This document shows, in pieces, positions 17,573 through 27,457 of a DNA stretch of 64,000 nucleotides; the first letter of the stretch is position 1; the number at the start of each line of letters is the position of its first letter. The stretch is from positions 55,217 through 119,216 of the IMG/VR virus record IMGVR_UViG_3300047274_000273. The stretch is one strand, 5' to 3'. This stretch comes from a virus (lineage: Duplodnaviria > Heunggongvirae > Uroviricota > Caudoviricetes). Position numbers and translations under genes: made by a program. Under the pieces are notes generated by a model. That model saw nothing but the letters and a program-made list of their open reading frames with translations, made no database searches and was not told where the DNA came from.

Positions 17573-18783
17573 GAGCATTTGAATTTTTAACAGAAGAATG
17601 GAGCCAGAAGTACAAACGCTCTATAAACTGCTCAAACCCCAAGGGTTTCAGCCAGAAGGCTCATTGTGCAGGCCGCAAGAAAAACGAAAGTGTTAATGAA
17701 GCAGAAGCTCCTGCTCCTAAAAAAGTAGGTCGTGAATTTAACCATCTAGAAGATCTAGTGTTCACAGAACCCAAAGGTGCTTTAAAAGCAGTATCTGTTC
17801 TAAAATCAATGAGCCAGGATTCGTCAGATGTTGCTATCAAATGGGACGGTAACCCCACAGTGTATTGGGGTCGCGACGAGGACGGTACCTTCCGTATGGT
17901 AGGTAAGAACAATTGGGGTCGTGAAGAAGGCAAGAGTTCTAGTCCAGAAGAGCTAAAACAGTTTATCAACAGTCGTGGCAAGGGCGAAGAGTGGCGTGCC
18001 AAGTTTGCTGGAGACATGGCAGCGATGTGGTCTGTGTTTGAAAAGGCGACCCCTGCAGATTTCCGTGGTTATGTCTACGGTGATATCTTGTTCCATCCAG
18101 GTAAGCCCTATGAAGGTGCCGATGGACGCATGACCTTCACGCCAAATCAAACCACATATTCAGTAAACGGAAATTCTCAGGTAGGTAGAAAGATAGCCAA
18201 GGCCAAGATAGCTGTGGCTGCACATCAACAGTACAGTTACTTCGGAGATAAGAGTGGAGAGCCGTTCGAGAATCCAGAAATATTTGCAGGCAATCCAGAG
18301 CTGATAGTCTTTGGACAGACCTATGTTAGCCATGTGCCTGCGGTCAATGCAGATAATCTTGGAGCCATAGAAAAAGTAGCTAACAAGAGCAGTTCTAAAA
18401 TCGATCAGTTCCTTGCTCCTATAGCAGGACTCAGCGATCTACAGAACATCATATACACTTATGTAAATGCCAGAGCCAAGGATAAAGCACTAGACAGCAT
18501 AGACAGCAAGGACTTTTTCAATTGGTTAAAGACCAGCAAAGTAAGTCCGGGCAAACAACAGAAAATAATAGATCATCCTCATGCAGAAGCCATGGCTGAT
18601 CTTTTCTACCTAGTCAAAGAGTTAATGAAAGCCAAAAACGAAGTCATCGCTGAGCTCGATCAAGCAGAAGGTGACATCACAGCTACCACGGGCGGTAAGC
18701 CTGGCGGAGAAGGCTATGTCAAGGGCAAAGACAGCGTAAAACTAGTGCCCAGAGATCGTTGGACACCATATCGAGCCGATTAA
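17569..18783 (+). CDS. hypothetical protein with MRAFEF N-terminus (possible nucleotidyltransferase/ligase-like KxDG motif)
   Basis: AIKWDGNP motif; N-terminal MRAFEFL shared with the ORFs at 21901 and 51051. Confidence 0.35.
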   Translation: MRAFEFLTEEWSQKYKRSINCSNPKGFSQKAHCAGRKKNESVNEAEAPAPKKVGREFNHLEDLVFTEPKGALKAVSVLKSMSQDSSDVAIKWDGNPTVYWGRDEDGTFRMVGKNNWGREEGKSSSPEELKQFINSRGKGEEWRAKFAGDMAAMWSVFEKATPADFRGYVYGDILFHPGKPYEGADGRMTFTPNQTTYSVNGNSQVGRKIAKAKIAVAAHQQYSYFGDKSGEPFENPEIFAGNPELIVFGQTYVSHVPAVNADNLGAIEKVANKSSSKIDQFLAPIAGLSDLQNIIYTYVNARAKDKALDSIDSKDFFNWLKTSKVSPGKQQKIIDHPHAEAMADLFYLVKELMKAKNEVIAELDQAEGDITATTGGKPGGEGYVKGKDSVKLVPRDRWTPYRAD

Positions 18784-18870
18784 GGCACCTATAACCATAT
18801 TTTTCTCCAAAATCAATAAATAAGATTGCCAGTCCCGGAGCGGGACTATAGATAAAGAGGAGAAAATATC

Positions 18871-19293
18871 ATGGCAGCATTTACAAGAGTAAATCCGAAC
18901 CCAACTACTACAGTTGACGTTCTATACGATACACTACAAATCCGTGCATTCAGAGTAGAAGCCCCTGGTGTAGACCTAGAGTCTGGTGTTATTGGTGGTA
19001 AGATGGAGCGTCTAGCTCAGGAGTTTGGTACAACCGGTGCGATCATCGAGTTCGATGCAGACGCCTTCGTTGTTATTGGCGATAGCCACGCCCTAAGCAG
19101 CAATATCATTGCTCGTCGTGCAGACAAAGTTCTAGGCGGTACAGGCGCATTGGTTAACTACGTTGCTGAAAACGGTAACCTAGGCACAGTAGGTTCAGGC
19201 TCCGCAGTAGCAGGTACAGTTGCAGCTCCAGTTACAACAGCTATCGTTGAAGTTGGTTCTGTAACATCACTATTTGGTCTAAGCTCAACCTAA
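18871..19293 (+). CDS. hypothetical small protein, probably highly expressed
   Basis: Strong SD (aaagaggag) and a strong terminator directly downstream. Confidence 0.45.
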   Translation: MAAFTRVNPNPTTTVDVLYDTLQIRAFRVEAPGVDLESGVIGGKMERLAQEFGTTGAIIEFDADAFVVIGDSHALSSNIIARRADKVLGGTGALVNYVAENGNLGTVGSGSAVAGTVAAPVTTAIVEVGSVTSLFGLSST

Positions 19294-19323
19294 TAGCGTA
19301 TTTTCCTAGGGATGGGAAGATGA

Positions 19324-19349
19324 GGGCGGATTTATTCCGCCCTTTTTTT
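19324..19349 (+). terminator. rho-independent terminator
   Basis: gggcgga-tttat-tccgccc followed by ttttttt. Confidence 0.8.
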
Positions 19350-19372
19350 ATCTGCGTAAATAGTAGCATATT

Positions 19373-19768
19373 ATGCCAAGATACCAGATAATTACCTTAG
19401 TTGACATCACACGCAGTCAAGCCCATCGATCTGAGACCGATCGGATCAAAGTTGGTCAGCAGGCGAATTTCAATTCTCTAATACAGGCCATCGGTATACG
19501 AGCCAATCCTTCTTGGTATCAAGATCCTAAGATGCATACCGGCAGATTACCCTTACCTCTTACCGGCAAATGCAATCATTGGACCTGGGAGTTTGACATT
19601 GAGCGAGATGATATATACAAAAAAGACGACGATCCAGTAGCATTGCTCAAAGAAGATCTCCATGGCGTACCGATAATAGATCAACTAAATAATTCAGCAG
19701 ACATACATCCTTCGGCGTTTCAAACAGAAGGTAAAAATCCTAATACCTGGATATGTATTTTGGAATAA
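19373..19768 (+). CDS. hypothetical protein
   Basis: ORF only. Confidence 0.35.
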   Translation: MPRYQIITLVDITRSQAHRSETDRIKVGQQANFNSLIQAIGIRANPSWYQDPKMHTGRLPLPLTGKCNHWTWEFDIERDDIYKKDDDPVALLKEDLHGVPIIDQLNNSADIHPSAFQTEGKNPNTWICILE

Positions 19769-19864
19769 CTCTGCTAAATACGATATCAAAGGCAAATCAC
19801 TAGGCATTCTTCATTAGGCACATGTCCTTAACGGGAACTTGACTTAACCAAGGAGACGGCTTAG

Positions 19865-20185
19865 ATGGCCACAGTAGCAGAACGAGTCAGTGTAGTAGAA
19901 GTAAAAGTCACTAACCTAGACGAAAAACTCGACGACCTAAAAGTAGATGTAAAAGAACTGCACGATTGTTTAGATCGTACAGGCGATAATCTATCTAGAA
20001 CTCTATCAGATATGAGAGCAGAAGCTACCAGTCAGCACGATCAGCTAGCCGGAAAGATCCAAGAATTAGAAAAATCCAAAGACAAGTTAATGATGTATGG
20101 AATGATTGGATTAGCATTCATAGCAGGTCTAGGCTGGACAGGACAGGTTAATATACAGACGATCTTCAGGTTTTTTGGTATTTAA
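19865..20185 (+). CDS. hypothetical coiled-coil protein with C-terminal TM helix
   Basis: SD aaggagacgg; C-terminal MMYGMIGLAFIAGLGW hydrophobic span. Confidence 0.4.
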   Translation: MATVAERVSVVEVKVTNLDEKLDDLKVDVKELHDCLDRTGDNLSRTLSDMRAEATSQHDQLAGKIQELEKSKDKLMMYGMIGLAFIAGLGWTGQVNIQTIFRFFGI

Positions 20186-20202
20186 AATATACCCACTTAA
20201 AT

Positions 20203-20224
20203 AAGGACCATAGGTCCTTTTTTT
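20203..20224 (+). terminator. rho-independent terminator
   Basis: aaggacc-ata-ggtcctt followed by ttttt. Confidence 0.75.
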
Positions 20225-20644
20225 ATGACACAACTTTCTAAGAAATTAGAATCACTGATCAAGAATTCCAAAGAGATTTTGCCTGTAAAAACAGAGCAGG
20301 GAATTCTGGTAGGCAGTATTTTAATTGTCAGCAAAGGACCTTTGAAAGATTTATATCATGATCAGAACTGTATCTACAGTGATGTTAGTCTAAACAAGAT
20401 AGCTATTAGGTTAGCCAACATGCTGGCCAGAAGCGGACAAACATATCAGACTGATAAAATTTACAGGGCCGATCAAGAATATGGACGATGGTTTGCCGAC
20501 AGCCAGATGCTGAGGAATCAGTATCAGCGAGCTGTAAATATTGGTAACTTTGAAAAATCAGATACACTATGGGCTAGATACTGTGAAAGCAGGAGCAAAA
20601 CCGTAGCAGCTAAAAACCTAGCTGAATTTTTGGCCAACGTTTGA
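20225..20644 (+). CDS. hypothetical protein
   Basis: ORF only. Confidence 0.35.
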   Translation: MTQLSKKLESLIKNSKEILPVKTEQGILVGSILIVSKGPLKDLYHDQNCIYSDVSLNKIAIRLANMLARSGQTYQTDKIYRADQEYGRWFADSQMLRNQYQRAVNIGNFEKSDTLWARYCESRSKTVAAKNLAEFLANV

Positions 20645-20675
20645 ATAAATATAGTATCAATCTGGACCCTTTATT

Positions 20676-21626
20676 ATGAAAACCACTGACTTATTTGCAA
20701 ATAACAGATCTTCTAAGAAACTTAACGAATCCCTACAAAAGGCCTTCGGAAAAAGTATTGATCTAGAAAAGTTCACCACTGAGCAGCTAGAAGATGCTAG
20801 GAATAAACTACGCACCCAGATACACGATGTGCGTTCTAACAGCAACTTCAACGAAACTGTAGAAAACGAAACTCTAACACAAGCCCAGTGGATGTTGGAT
20901 GCTATCGTTTCTGAACTAGCAGAACGTCAAGAATTTATCGTAGATAAGACCGGTGAACAAGTTGATGAAGTAAGTCCTCCGGGATTTGCAGGCACAGTGA
21001 AAGCTATGAAGAAACACAAGGAAGTTGATAATCCTTTTGCACTAGCATGGCACATGAAAAACAAAGGTTACAAGAGTCATAAAAAAGCAGATGGCTCTGA
21101 CAAGAAAGAATCAGTCGAAACAGGAGAAGAAATGACTAAAGTCACAGAAGGTGAGATCCAGCAAGCGTCTGCGATCGTTACCGCAAAAACAATGGTTGAC
21201 AGAGTAGGTCGTTGGATTGAAGAACTAAGTGGCATGGAGAACGACACACTCCTACAGTTAGGCGATTCTATCCGTGATGAGATGGGCTCAGAGCAGGCAA
21301 AGAATTTTATCTCTGCTGTAGCTCCAGCGATCCAGCAAGCTCTAGAAAATCTAAAGACCACACGCGAAACTCTAGCCACAGGTGTTCGCACACTCACAGG
21401 TGAAGAACAGGGTGCTGAGATGTTGGGTTCGGAACCCGGAGCCGAAGAAGGCGGTGATGATATGGCCGCAGCAGCTCCCGATGAAATGAACATGCCTGCT
21501 GAAGAGCCAGCAGCAGACGATTTTGCCGCAGCGGAACCGGCAGCAGGCGGAATGGGCGATGCTGGCAGAGAACAGCGTGAAAGCATTCAATTTGAAAATC
21601 GTCTACTGAAAGTTCTAGCAGGATGA
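20676..21626 (+). CDS. hypothetical acidic helical protein (scaffold-like composition)
   Basis: Highly acidic, low-complexity A/E/G-rich C-terminus. Confidence 0.35.
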   Translation: MKTTDLFANNRSSKKLNESLQKAFGKSIDLEKFTTEQLEDARNKLRTQIHDVRSNSNFNETVENETLTQAQWMLDAIVSELAERQEFIVDKTGEQVDEVSPPGFAGTVKAMKKHKEVDNPFALAWHMKNKGYKSHKKADGSDKKESVETGEEMTKVTEGEIQQASAIVTAKTMVDRVGRWIEELSGMENDTLLQLGDSIRDEMGSEQAKNFISAVAPAIQQALENLKTTRETLATGVRTLTGEEQGAEMLGSEPGAEEGGDDMAAAAPDEMNMPAEEPAADDFAAAEPAAGGMGDAGREQRESIQFENRLLKVLAG

Positions 21627-21904
21627 GATTCCAAGACGTTGCATACGAGGGCGACTTTTTAAAGATTAAAGAGCTTGCCCCGACTGTCGGAGCACCTGCA
21701 CCCGGTGCAGCACCTGCTCCCGGACAGCCAGCTCCACAGCAGGCTAAACCCGCAGCAGGATTACCTGGAGGACAGATGGATCCGGCCCAGGCTGCACAGG
21801 CGGTTAAAGATCGTGCTGAACAGAAAAAGCAACTACAAGATCAGATCAAACAATTAGAGCAGCAGATAGCTGACGCAAGAAAAAGATTAGCGAGCCTAGG
21901 ATGA
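21623..21904 (+). CDS. hypothetical Pro/Ala/Gln-rich protein (MRFQDV N-terminus)
   Basis: ATGA overlap with the upstream gene; low-complexity PAPGAAPAPGQPAP followed by a coiled coil. Confidence 0.35.
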   Translation: MRFQDVAYEGDFLKIKELAPTVGAPAPGAAPAPGQPAPQQAKPAAGLPGGQMDPAQAAQAVKDRAEQKKQLQDQIKQLEQQIADARKRLASLG

Positions 21905-22275
21905 GATTTTTTGAATTTGCCGGCGACGGCGACACTGGCGATAAGTTTGTAATGGTTCTTAGGAACTATATTGGTCGTGCTGCCAGCAAAAAATCTCCAG
22001 CCAAACTGAATTGGAACGGACTAAATCAAGTCCTTAAAACCAACGGCTTTGAATTAACCGCTGACTATGAAACTTTCAAGGCTATCTACGATTCAAATCC
22101 TGCCATACAATCAATGGTCAAAAATTTCAATGACGACGGAATAGAACTCAATGTTCCGGGCGCACCAGAAGAACAGCCCAAGGGTGACGGAACACAGACA
22201 CCCCAGGACAGTCAAGCAGCCGTAGATAAAATAGCCGCTTCAGCTGCTCCCCAACAATTAGCCACTCAGGCTTGA
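21901..22275 (+). CDS. hypothetical protein with MRFFEF N-terminus
   Basis: ATGA overlap with the upstream gene; N-terminal 18 nt identical to the ORF at 51051. Confidence 0.4.
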   Translation: MRFFEFAGDGDTGDKFVMVLRNYIGRAASKKSPAKLNWNGLNQVLKTNGFELTADYETFKAIYDSNPAIQSMVKNFNDDGIELNVPGAPEEQPKGDGTQTPQDSQAAVDKIAASAAPQQLATQA

Positions 22276-22307
22276 CACGATGAAAATTCTGTAGTAATAT
22301 ATACAGA

Positions 22308-23009
22308 ATGACTAATCAATTTACACCGCCTCCATTCGTTGAACGGTTCCAATATAAGAACTGTACTCAGATCAACGACCCTGTAACCAAAAAACGAGTT
22401 TACCTTACTCCCGACGGAGAAAGTCTTCCTTCAGTGACCACTATCCTTTCGGCTACAAAGGATATGACACACCTAAACGAATGGAAGAAGCGTATAGGTG
22501 AAGAAAAAGCCAAACAGATTACCACAGAAGCCGCAGGAGTGGGCACAGCCATGCACAGTAATCTAGAAAGGTTTATCGCAGGCATGCAGAGACAACCAGG
22601 CAATAATCCTGTACATGTGCAGGCCAATGCCATGGCTGATCAAATAATAATTAATGGACTTGTCCATGTTAACGAAGTTTGGGCCATGGAACAGAGTTTA
22701 TATTTTCCTGGACTGTACTCGGGAACCACCGACCTAGTAGCAGTGTATAAAGATAATCCTAGCGTCTGCGACTACAAGCAGACCAATAAGCCTAAGAAAG
22801 AAGAGTGGGTCGAAGATTATAAAATTCAGCTGATCGCTTATATATTAGCACATAATGAAGTCTACAGCACAGACATCCGTGAAGGCCACGTGTTTATGTG
22901 CAGTCGTAACTGTGAATATCAGCAGTTTGATTTATGGCCCTCAGACTTCAACAAATATCAAGATCTGTGGCTGGGCAAAGTAGAAGAATACTACAACAGT
23001 TTAAGATAA
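22308..23009 (+). CDS. PD-(D/E)XK family nuclease (phage recombination-exonuclease-like)
   Basis: GTAMH...E, GTTDLV, CDYK. D..E.K catalytic triad arrangement. Confidence 0.5.
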   Translation: MTNQFTPPPFVERFQYKNCTQINDPVTKKRVYLTPDGESLPSVTTILSATKDMTHLNEWKKRIGEEKAKQITTEAAGVGTAMHSNLERFIAGMQRQPGNNPVHVQANAMADQIIINGLVHVNEVWAMEQSLYFPGLYSGTTDLVAVYKDNPSVCDYKQTNKPKKEEWVEDYKIQLIAYILAHNEVYSTDIREGHVFMCSRNCEYQQFDLWPSDFNKYQDLWLGKVEEYYNSLR

Positions 23010-23034
23010 ATACCCTATAACGGGAAATTTATCT

Positions 23035-24624
23035 ATGGCTGTCGTACAGATCTCTAAAATACAAGTCCGCAGAGGACAGAAATTATCAGGTATAGGCATA
23101 CCTCAATTAAGTTCGGCCGAATTTGCATGGGCTGTTGACACGCAGGAATTATACATCGGCAACGGCAGTGTTGCTGAGGGCGCACCTTATGTGGGCAACA
23201 CCAAGGTCCTAACCGAACACGACAATATTCTAGAACTAGCATCTAGCTATAGATTCGCTAGTGTAGATCCTAGCATTTCTCTCAGCATTTCTCGTACCCT
23301 ACAGAGTAAACTAGATGAGTATGTGAGTATATTAGATTTCGGAGCAGTACCAGACGGCTCTACAGATTGTTTGGCCAGCTTCCAGAATGCGCTAAATCAG
23401 CTGTTTAGAAATCCCGATGACAAGTTTAAGAAAACACTGTTGATACCAAACGGTGTATATCTACTCACAGGAAACCTAAATGTTCCTAGCACCGCTAAGA
23501 TCGCAGGAGAAACCAGAGATGGTGCTGTATTAGAAATAGGTGACAACAACATTCTTTTTGTGACCGAAGACGGCGAAGGTGTGGCAAATTTCAACAGCAG
23601 CAACAGACCAAGAAATGTTTCTATTTCAAACCTAACCATCAGCCATAATCTAGGCGAGCTAGTACTCACTGGCTTGGCCGATAGTTCTGTTACCGGAGTT
23701 AGATTTAAATCTAGCTATGTGCTTGGCGACTCCATTGGAGCAGTTGAATCTCATCCTGCTTCTATATTCTGGGAAAATTCTTTACCGGGAACTAAAGTAA
23801 CAGACATTCGCATCGACGATTGTTTATTCGAAAGCACAGCATTGGCTATTAGGAGTGATCAGATCACTGTTGACTCTAGTTCTCCTCCTAATTTTGAAAC
23901 ACATATAGATATTACCAACTGTAAGTTCTACGTCTGTGATTCTGCTATCGTGATCAACGGCATAGCATCACAGGGCAATAAGTGGCATGTTGATCATTGC
24001 CATTTCGAAGAGATATCTCAATACGCTTTTAGAGCATCAAACGGTCGAGGAACGTTGATCAGATACTGTACACTGACCAACTGCGGCAACTTAACCAACA
24101 CAGCAGCATACCCAGTCAGCGAAATGATCTACTTTGGCGAAAGCGAAGGTAACAGAGTCATAGAGTGTTCGACTAACAGACACCAGTCGGGCGGTATCGT
24201 GTCTGTGAGCACTGTTGATGCTAAAGTAGAAGTATATAACTCTAGTCTAACATCACTGAATGATCAATACTATTCTGATATCTTTTTATCAGACAGTTTT
24301 AGACCGTTGGCCGTATTATCAGCTTTCAATAGGTTTACATATGTAGACTATACTCTTAGATTGAACAATCATGTTAGAGCCGGTAGACTTACTATCATGG
24401 TTGATGCTACACTAGGAGAATATAGTTTCGCAGATAATTATACCTATTCAACACCTTTCGCAACATCCCCAGGAGGAGTTCTAATGACAAACTTTGAATT
24501 TCAAGCAGAATTAAAAGACAATGACCTAGACAGCGGTATAGAAACCCTATTATTGTCATACCAGAACCCTATTAGTACTGGCGCTATCGGAACGATTTCC
24601 TACTCTGTGACCTACGGTGTTTGA
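23035..24624 (+). CDS. right-handed beta-helix (pectate-lyase-like) fiber or tailspike protein
   Basis: N-terminal IQVRRG...ELYIGNG motif seen in phage fiber proteins; repetitive N/S/T-rich beta-helix-like body. Confidence 0.45.
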   Translation: MAVVQISKIQVRRGQKLSGIGIPQLSSAEFAWAVDTQELYIGNGSVAEGAPYVGNTKVLTEHDNILELASSYRFASVDPSISLSISRTLQSKLDEYVSILDFGAVPDGSTDCLASFQNALNQLFRNPDDKFKKTLLIPNGVYLLTGNLNVPSTAKIAGETRDGAVLEIGDNNILFVTEDGEGVANFNSSNRPRNVSISNLTISHNLGELVLTGLADSSVTGVRFKSSYVLGDSIGAVESHPASIFWENSLPGTKVTDIRIDDCLFESTALAIRSDQITVDSSSPPNFETHIDITNCKFYVCDSAIVINGIASQGNKWHVDHCHFEEISQYAFRASNGRGTLIRYCTLTNCGNLTNTAAYPVSEMIYFGESEGNRVIECSTNRHQSGGIVSVSTVDAKVEVYNSSLTSLNDQYYSDIFLSDSFRPLAVLSAFNRFTYVDYTLRLNNHVRAGRLTIMVDATLGEYSFADNYTYSTPFATSPGGVLMTNFEFQAELKDNDLDSGIETLLLSYQNPISTGAIGTISYSVTYGV

Positions 24625-25039
24625 TCTATTTGGTAATAATAGATTAACCAAATGGAAAGAAATACGCGATGAGATCGAAACAGCCACTGACCCTTTGACG
24701 TTGGTAGCTGAACTCTGGGCGAGAGCGCCTTTGGTTAATCCTTTTCTAGAACCTACGAATCCAGATTCATGGCCGGACCCATGGCATTTGGTATTAGATG
24801 ATAGGTATGATGACCTTGCAATCGTAATAGGGATGCTGTATACTATAAAGTTAACACAGCGGTTTATGGACAGCGATTGCGAGATACATATGTCTGTACG
24901 TGACGAAAAGTTAGATCCAGAATTCTTTTTGATCGTAGATGGCAGGCTAGTATTGAACATAGAGCCAAGAAAAGTCGTTGATAAGAGCCAATTAAACTAC
25001 GATTCAAAGATAATTTGGTCCGGGAAAGCTATACAATAA
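24617..25039 (+). CDS. hypothetical protein
   Basis: ORF only. Confidence 0.35.
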   Translation: MFDLFGNNRLTKWKEIRDEIETATDPLTLVAELWARAPLVNPFLEPTNPDSWPDPWHLVLDDRYDDLAIVIGMLYTIKLTQRFMDSDCEIHMSVRDEKLDPEFFLIVDGRLVLNIEPRKVVDKSQLNYDSKIIWSGKAIQ

Positions 25040-25061
25040 ATATCAGACCAAGGTAAAAAAA

Positions 25062-27395
25062 ATGAGCATAACAGTAATTAAAAGAAACGGAACGAAAGAA
25101 CTATTAACGATTGAAAAATGGCAGGCTCAGGTAAACAAGGTCTGTAAAGGTATAGCTGACGTAAGTCAGTCAATGATTGAAATCAAAGCGCAGGTAAATT
25201 TTTACGATGGTATCACTACAAAAGAAATCGATGAGATAACTCTTCGAGCCATCGTCGATCTCATCGATGTAGAACATAATCCAGATGTTGGTCATACCAA
25301 CTATCAATACGTGGCAGGCAAGCAAAGACTCAGCATGCTACGAAAAGATGTATATGGTTCCTACGAACCGCCCCATCTATACGAACTAGTCAAAAAAAAT
25401 GTAGCCGTGGGACTGTACACTCCTGAACTACTAGAGTGGTACAGTGAAGATGATTGGAATCGCATGAACGACATCATCGACCACAGCAAAGACGAAGACT
25501 ATTCTTATGCAGCCATTGAGCAGTTAATTGAAAAATATCTAGTACGTAATCGCGCTACTAAAGAAATTTATGAAACACCCCAGGTCAGATACATGATAGC
25601 GGCTGCTACGGTATTTCACAAAGAAGAGCCCAACACAGCTCGTATGCGTTACATCAAGGAGTATTATAATGCAGCTTCAGACGGTCTATTTACTCTCGCT
25701 ACTCCTGTTCTTGCTGGCCTTGGCACTCCCACTAAGCAGTTCAGTAGTTGTGTGCTCATTCGCAGTGATGATGATCTTGACTCCATTTTTGCTAGTGGCG
25801 AAATGATGGCCAAATATGCCAGCAAACGTGCTGGTATTGGTCTGGAGATTGGACGTCTAAGATCGCTAGGTAGCCCCATCAGAGGCGGCGAAATCATGCA
25901 CACCGGCATGATTCCCTTTTTGAAGAAATGGTTTGGTGATTTAAGGAGTTGCAGTCAAGGTGGTATTAGAAACGCATCTGCTACAGTTTTTTATCCTATT
26001 TGGCATCATCAGTTTGACGACCTCATCGTTCTTAAGAACAATCAAGGAACTGAAGAAACTCGCGTTCGACACATGGACTACGGAGTTGTACTATCAGCGT
26101 TCTTTTGGCGTAGGTTTAAAAATAAAGAAAATATTACTTTCTTTGATCCTAATGAAGTGCCTGATCTCTACGAAGCATTTTACAAAGACACAAAATTATT
26201 TGAAGAATTATATGTAAAATATGAAAAGCGCCGCGACCTACGTAAGAAAGTCATGGGTGCTGAAGAAGTTTTCAAGGGTGGTATACTGAAAGAACGCACA
26301 GACACGGGTCGCATCTATTTGGTGTTTATTGATAATGTAATGAATCAAGGACCATTCGATCCTGAATATCATACGATATATCAGAGTAACCTGTGCTGTG
26401 AGATCCTATTACCCACACGTCCATTCAAACGACTCGACGACGACAGTGGTCGCATAGCGTTATGTACACTGGGATCTATCAACTGGGGTGCGTTCCGAAA
26501 TCCAGAGGATATGCGTAGAGCCTGTAGGATTCTACAGCGTAGCCTGTGTAACATCCTTGATTACCAGGATTTCTTATCGATACAGAGCAAGCTGTCAAAC
26601 GATGAAATCCAACCGCTGGGCATCGGTGTTACTAACCTAGCCTATTGGCATGCGAAGAGGAGTATCAAATATGGCGACAAGGACGCATTGGCAGAAGTTA
26701 AAAGTTGGATGGAGCATCAGGCCTTTTACCTTACGGAAGCGACCGTTGAACTCGCAAAAGAAAGAGGCAGATGCAAAGACTCAGACAAAATCTGGTACGG
26801 AAGAGGAATCTTCCCCTGGGAAAGAAGATCGCAAGGTGTTAACGAGCTCGCTGATTTTTCGCCCGAACTCGATTGGGAATCACTGAGACAGGAGATGAAA
26901 ACTCATGGTGTACGAAATGCTACTCTTATGGCTATTGCTCCAGTTGAGTCTAGCTCTGTTGTTATTAATAGCACAAATGGAATAGAAATGCCCATGAGTC
27001 TGATCTCAACTAAAGAAAGCAAAGCAGGATCGTTTACACAGGTCGTGCCTGAGTACCACAAGTTGAAGAACAAATATCAGTTGATGTGGGATCAAAAAGA
27101 CTGTTCAGGATATCTCAAGACTGCGGCAGTATTAGCGGCCTATGTTGATCAGAGCATTTCAACAAATACATTTTATAATCCGGCACACTTCCCGGATCGC
27201 AAAGTACCAACTACATTGATCGCTAAAAATCTAATGCAGGCTCAACTATGGGGTATTAAAACGTTCTACTATAGTTTAATTAACAAAGCAGGTAGTAAGA
27301 GTCAAGATCTTACACCCGAAGTACACTACAATGGTTTTCATAATGAAAGAGAACTAATCGAAGACGATGCCGACTGCGAATCTTGCAAGTTGTAA
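25062..27395 (+). CDS. nrdA: ribonucleoside-diphosphate reductase large subunit (class Ia, with ATP cone)
   Basis: N-terminal ATP-cone (VIKRNGTKE); active-site NLCCEI and C-terminal CESCKL thiol pair. Confidence 0.9.
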   Translation: MSITVIKRNGTKELLTIEKWQAQVNKVCKGIADVSQSMIEIKAQVNFYDGITTKEIDEITLRAIVDLIDVEHNPDVGHTNYQYVAGKQRLSMLRKDVYGSYEPPHLYELVKKNVAVGLYTPELLEWYSEDDWNRMNDIIDHSKDEDYSYAAIEQLIEKYLVRNRATKEIYETPQVRYMIAAATVFHKEEPNTARMRYIKEYYNAASDGLFTLATPVLAGLGTPTKQFSSCVLIRSDDDLDSIFASGEMMAKYASKRAGIGLEIGRLRSLGSPIRGGEIMHTGMIPFLKKWFGDLRSCSQGGIRNASATVFYPIWHHQFDDLIVLKNNQGTEETRVRHMDYGVVLSAFFWRRFKNKENITFFDPNEVPDLYEAFYKDTKLFEELYVKYEKRRDLRKKVMGAEEVFKGGILKERTDTGRIYLVFIDNVMNQGPFDPEYHTIYQSNLCCEILLPTRPFKRLDDDSGRIALCTLGSINWGAFRNPEDMRRACRILQRSLCNILDYQDFLSIQSKLSNDEIQPLGIGVTNLAYWHAKRSIKYGDKDALAEVKSWMEHQAFYLTEATVELAKERGRCKDSDKIWYGRGIFPWERRSQGVNELADFSPELDWESLRQEMKTHGVRNATLMAIAPVESSSVVINSTNGIEMPMSLISTKESKAGSFTQVVPEYHKLKNKYQLMWDQKDCSGYLKTAAVLAAYVDQSISTNTFYNPAHFPDRKVPTTLIAKNLMQAQLWGIKTFYYSLINKAGSKSQDLTPEVHYNGFHNERELIEDDADCESCKL

Positions 27396-27457
27396 ACTAT
27401 AAGTTTTCTGTAAAAATGGATGGATCCCAACACAAGATATCGAATGGAAAAATATAA

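Noticed and set aside
21077-21590. 169-aa and 72-aa minus-strand ORFs
   Set aside because: Antisense to the acidic protein gene; Ala/Ser/Pro-rich translation is typical of the reverse frame of a GC-skewed coding region.
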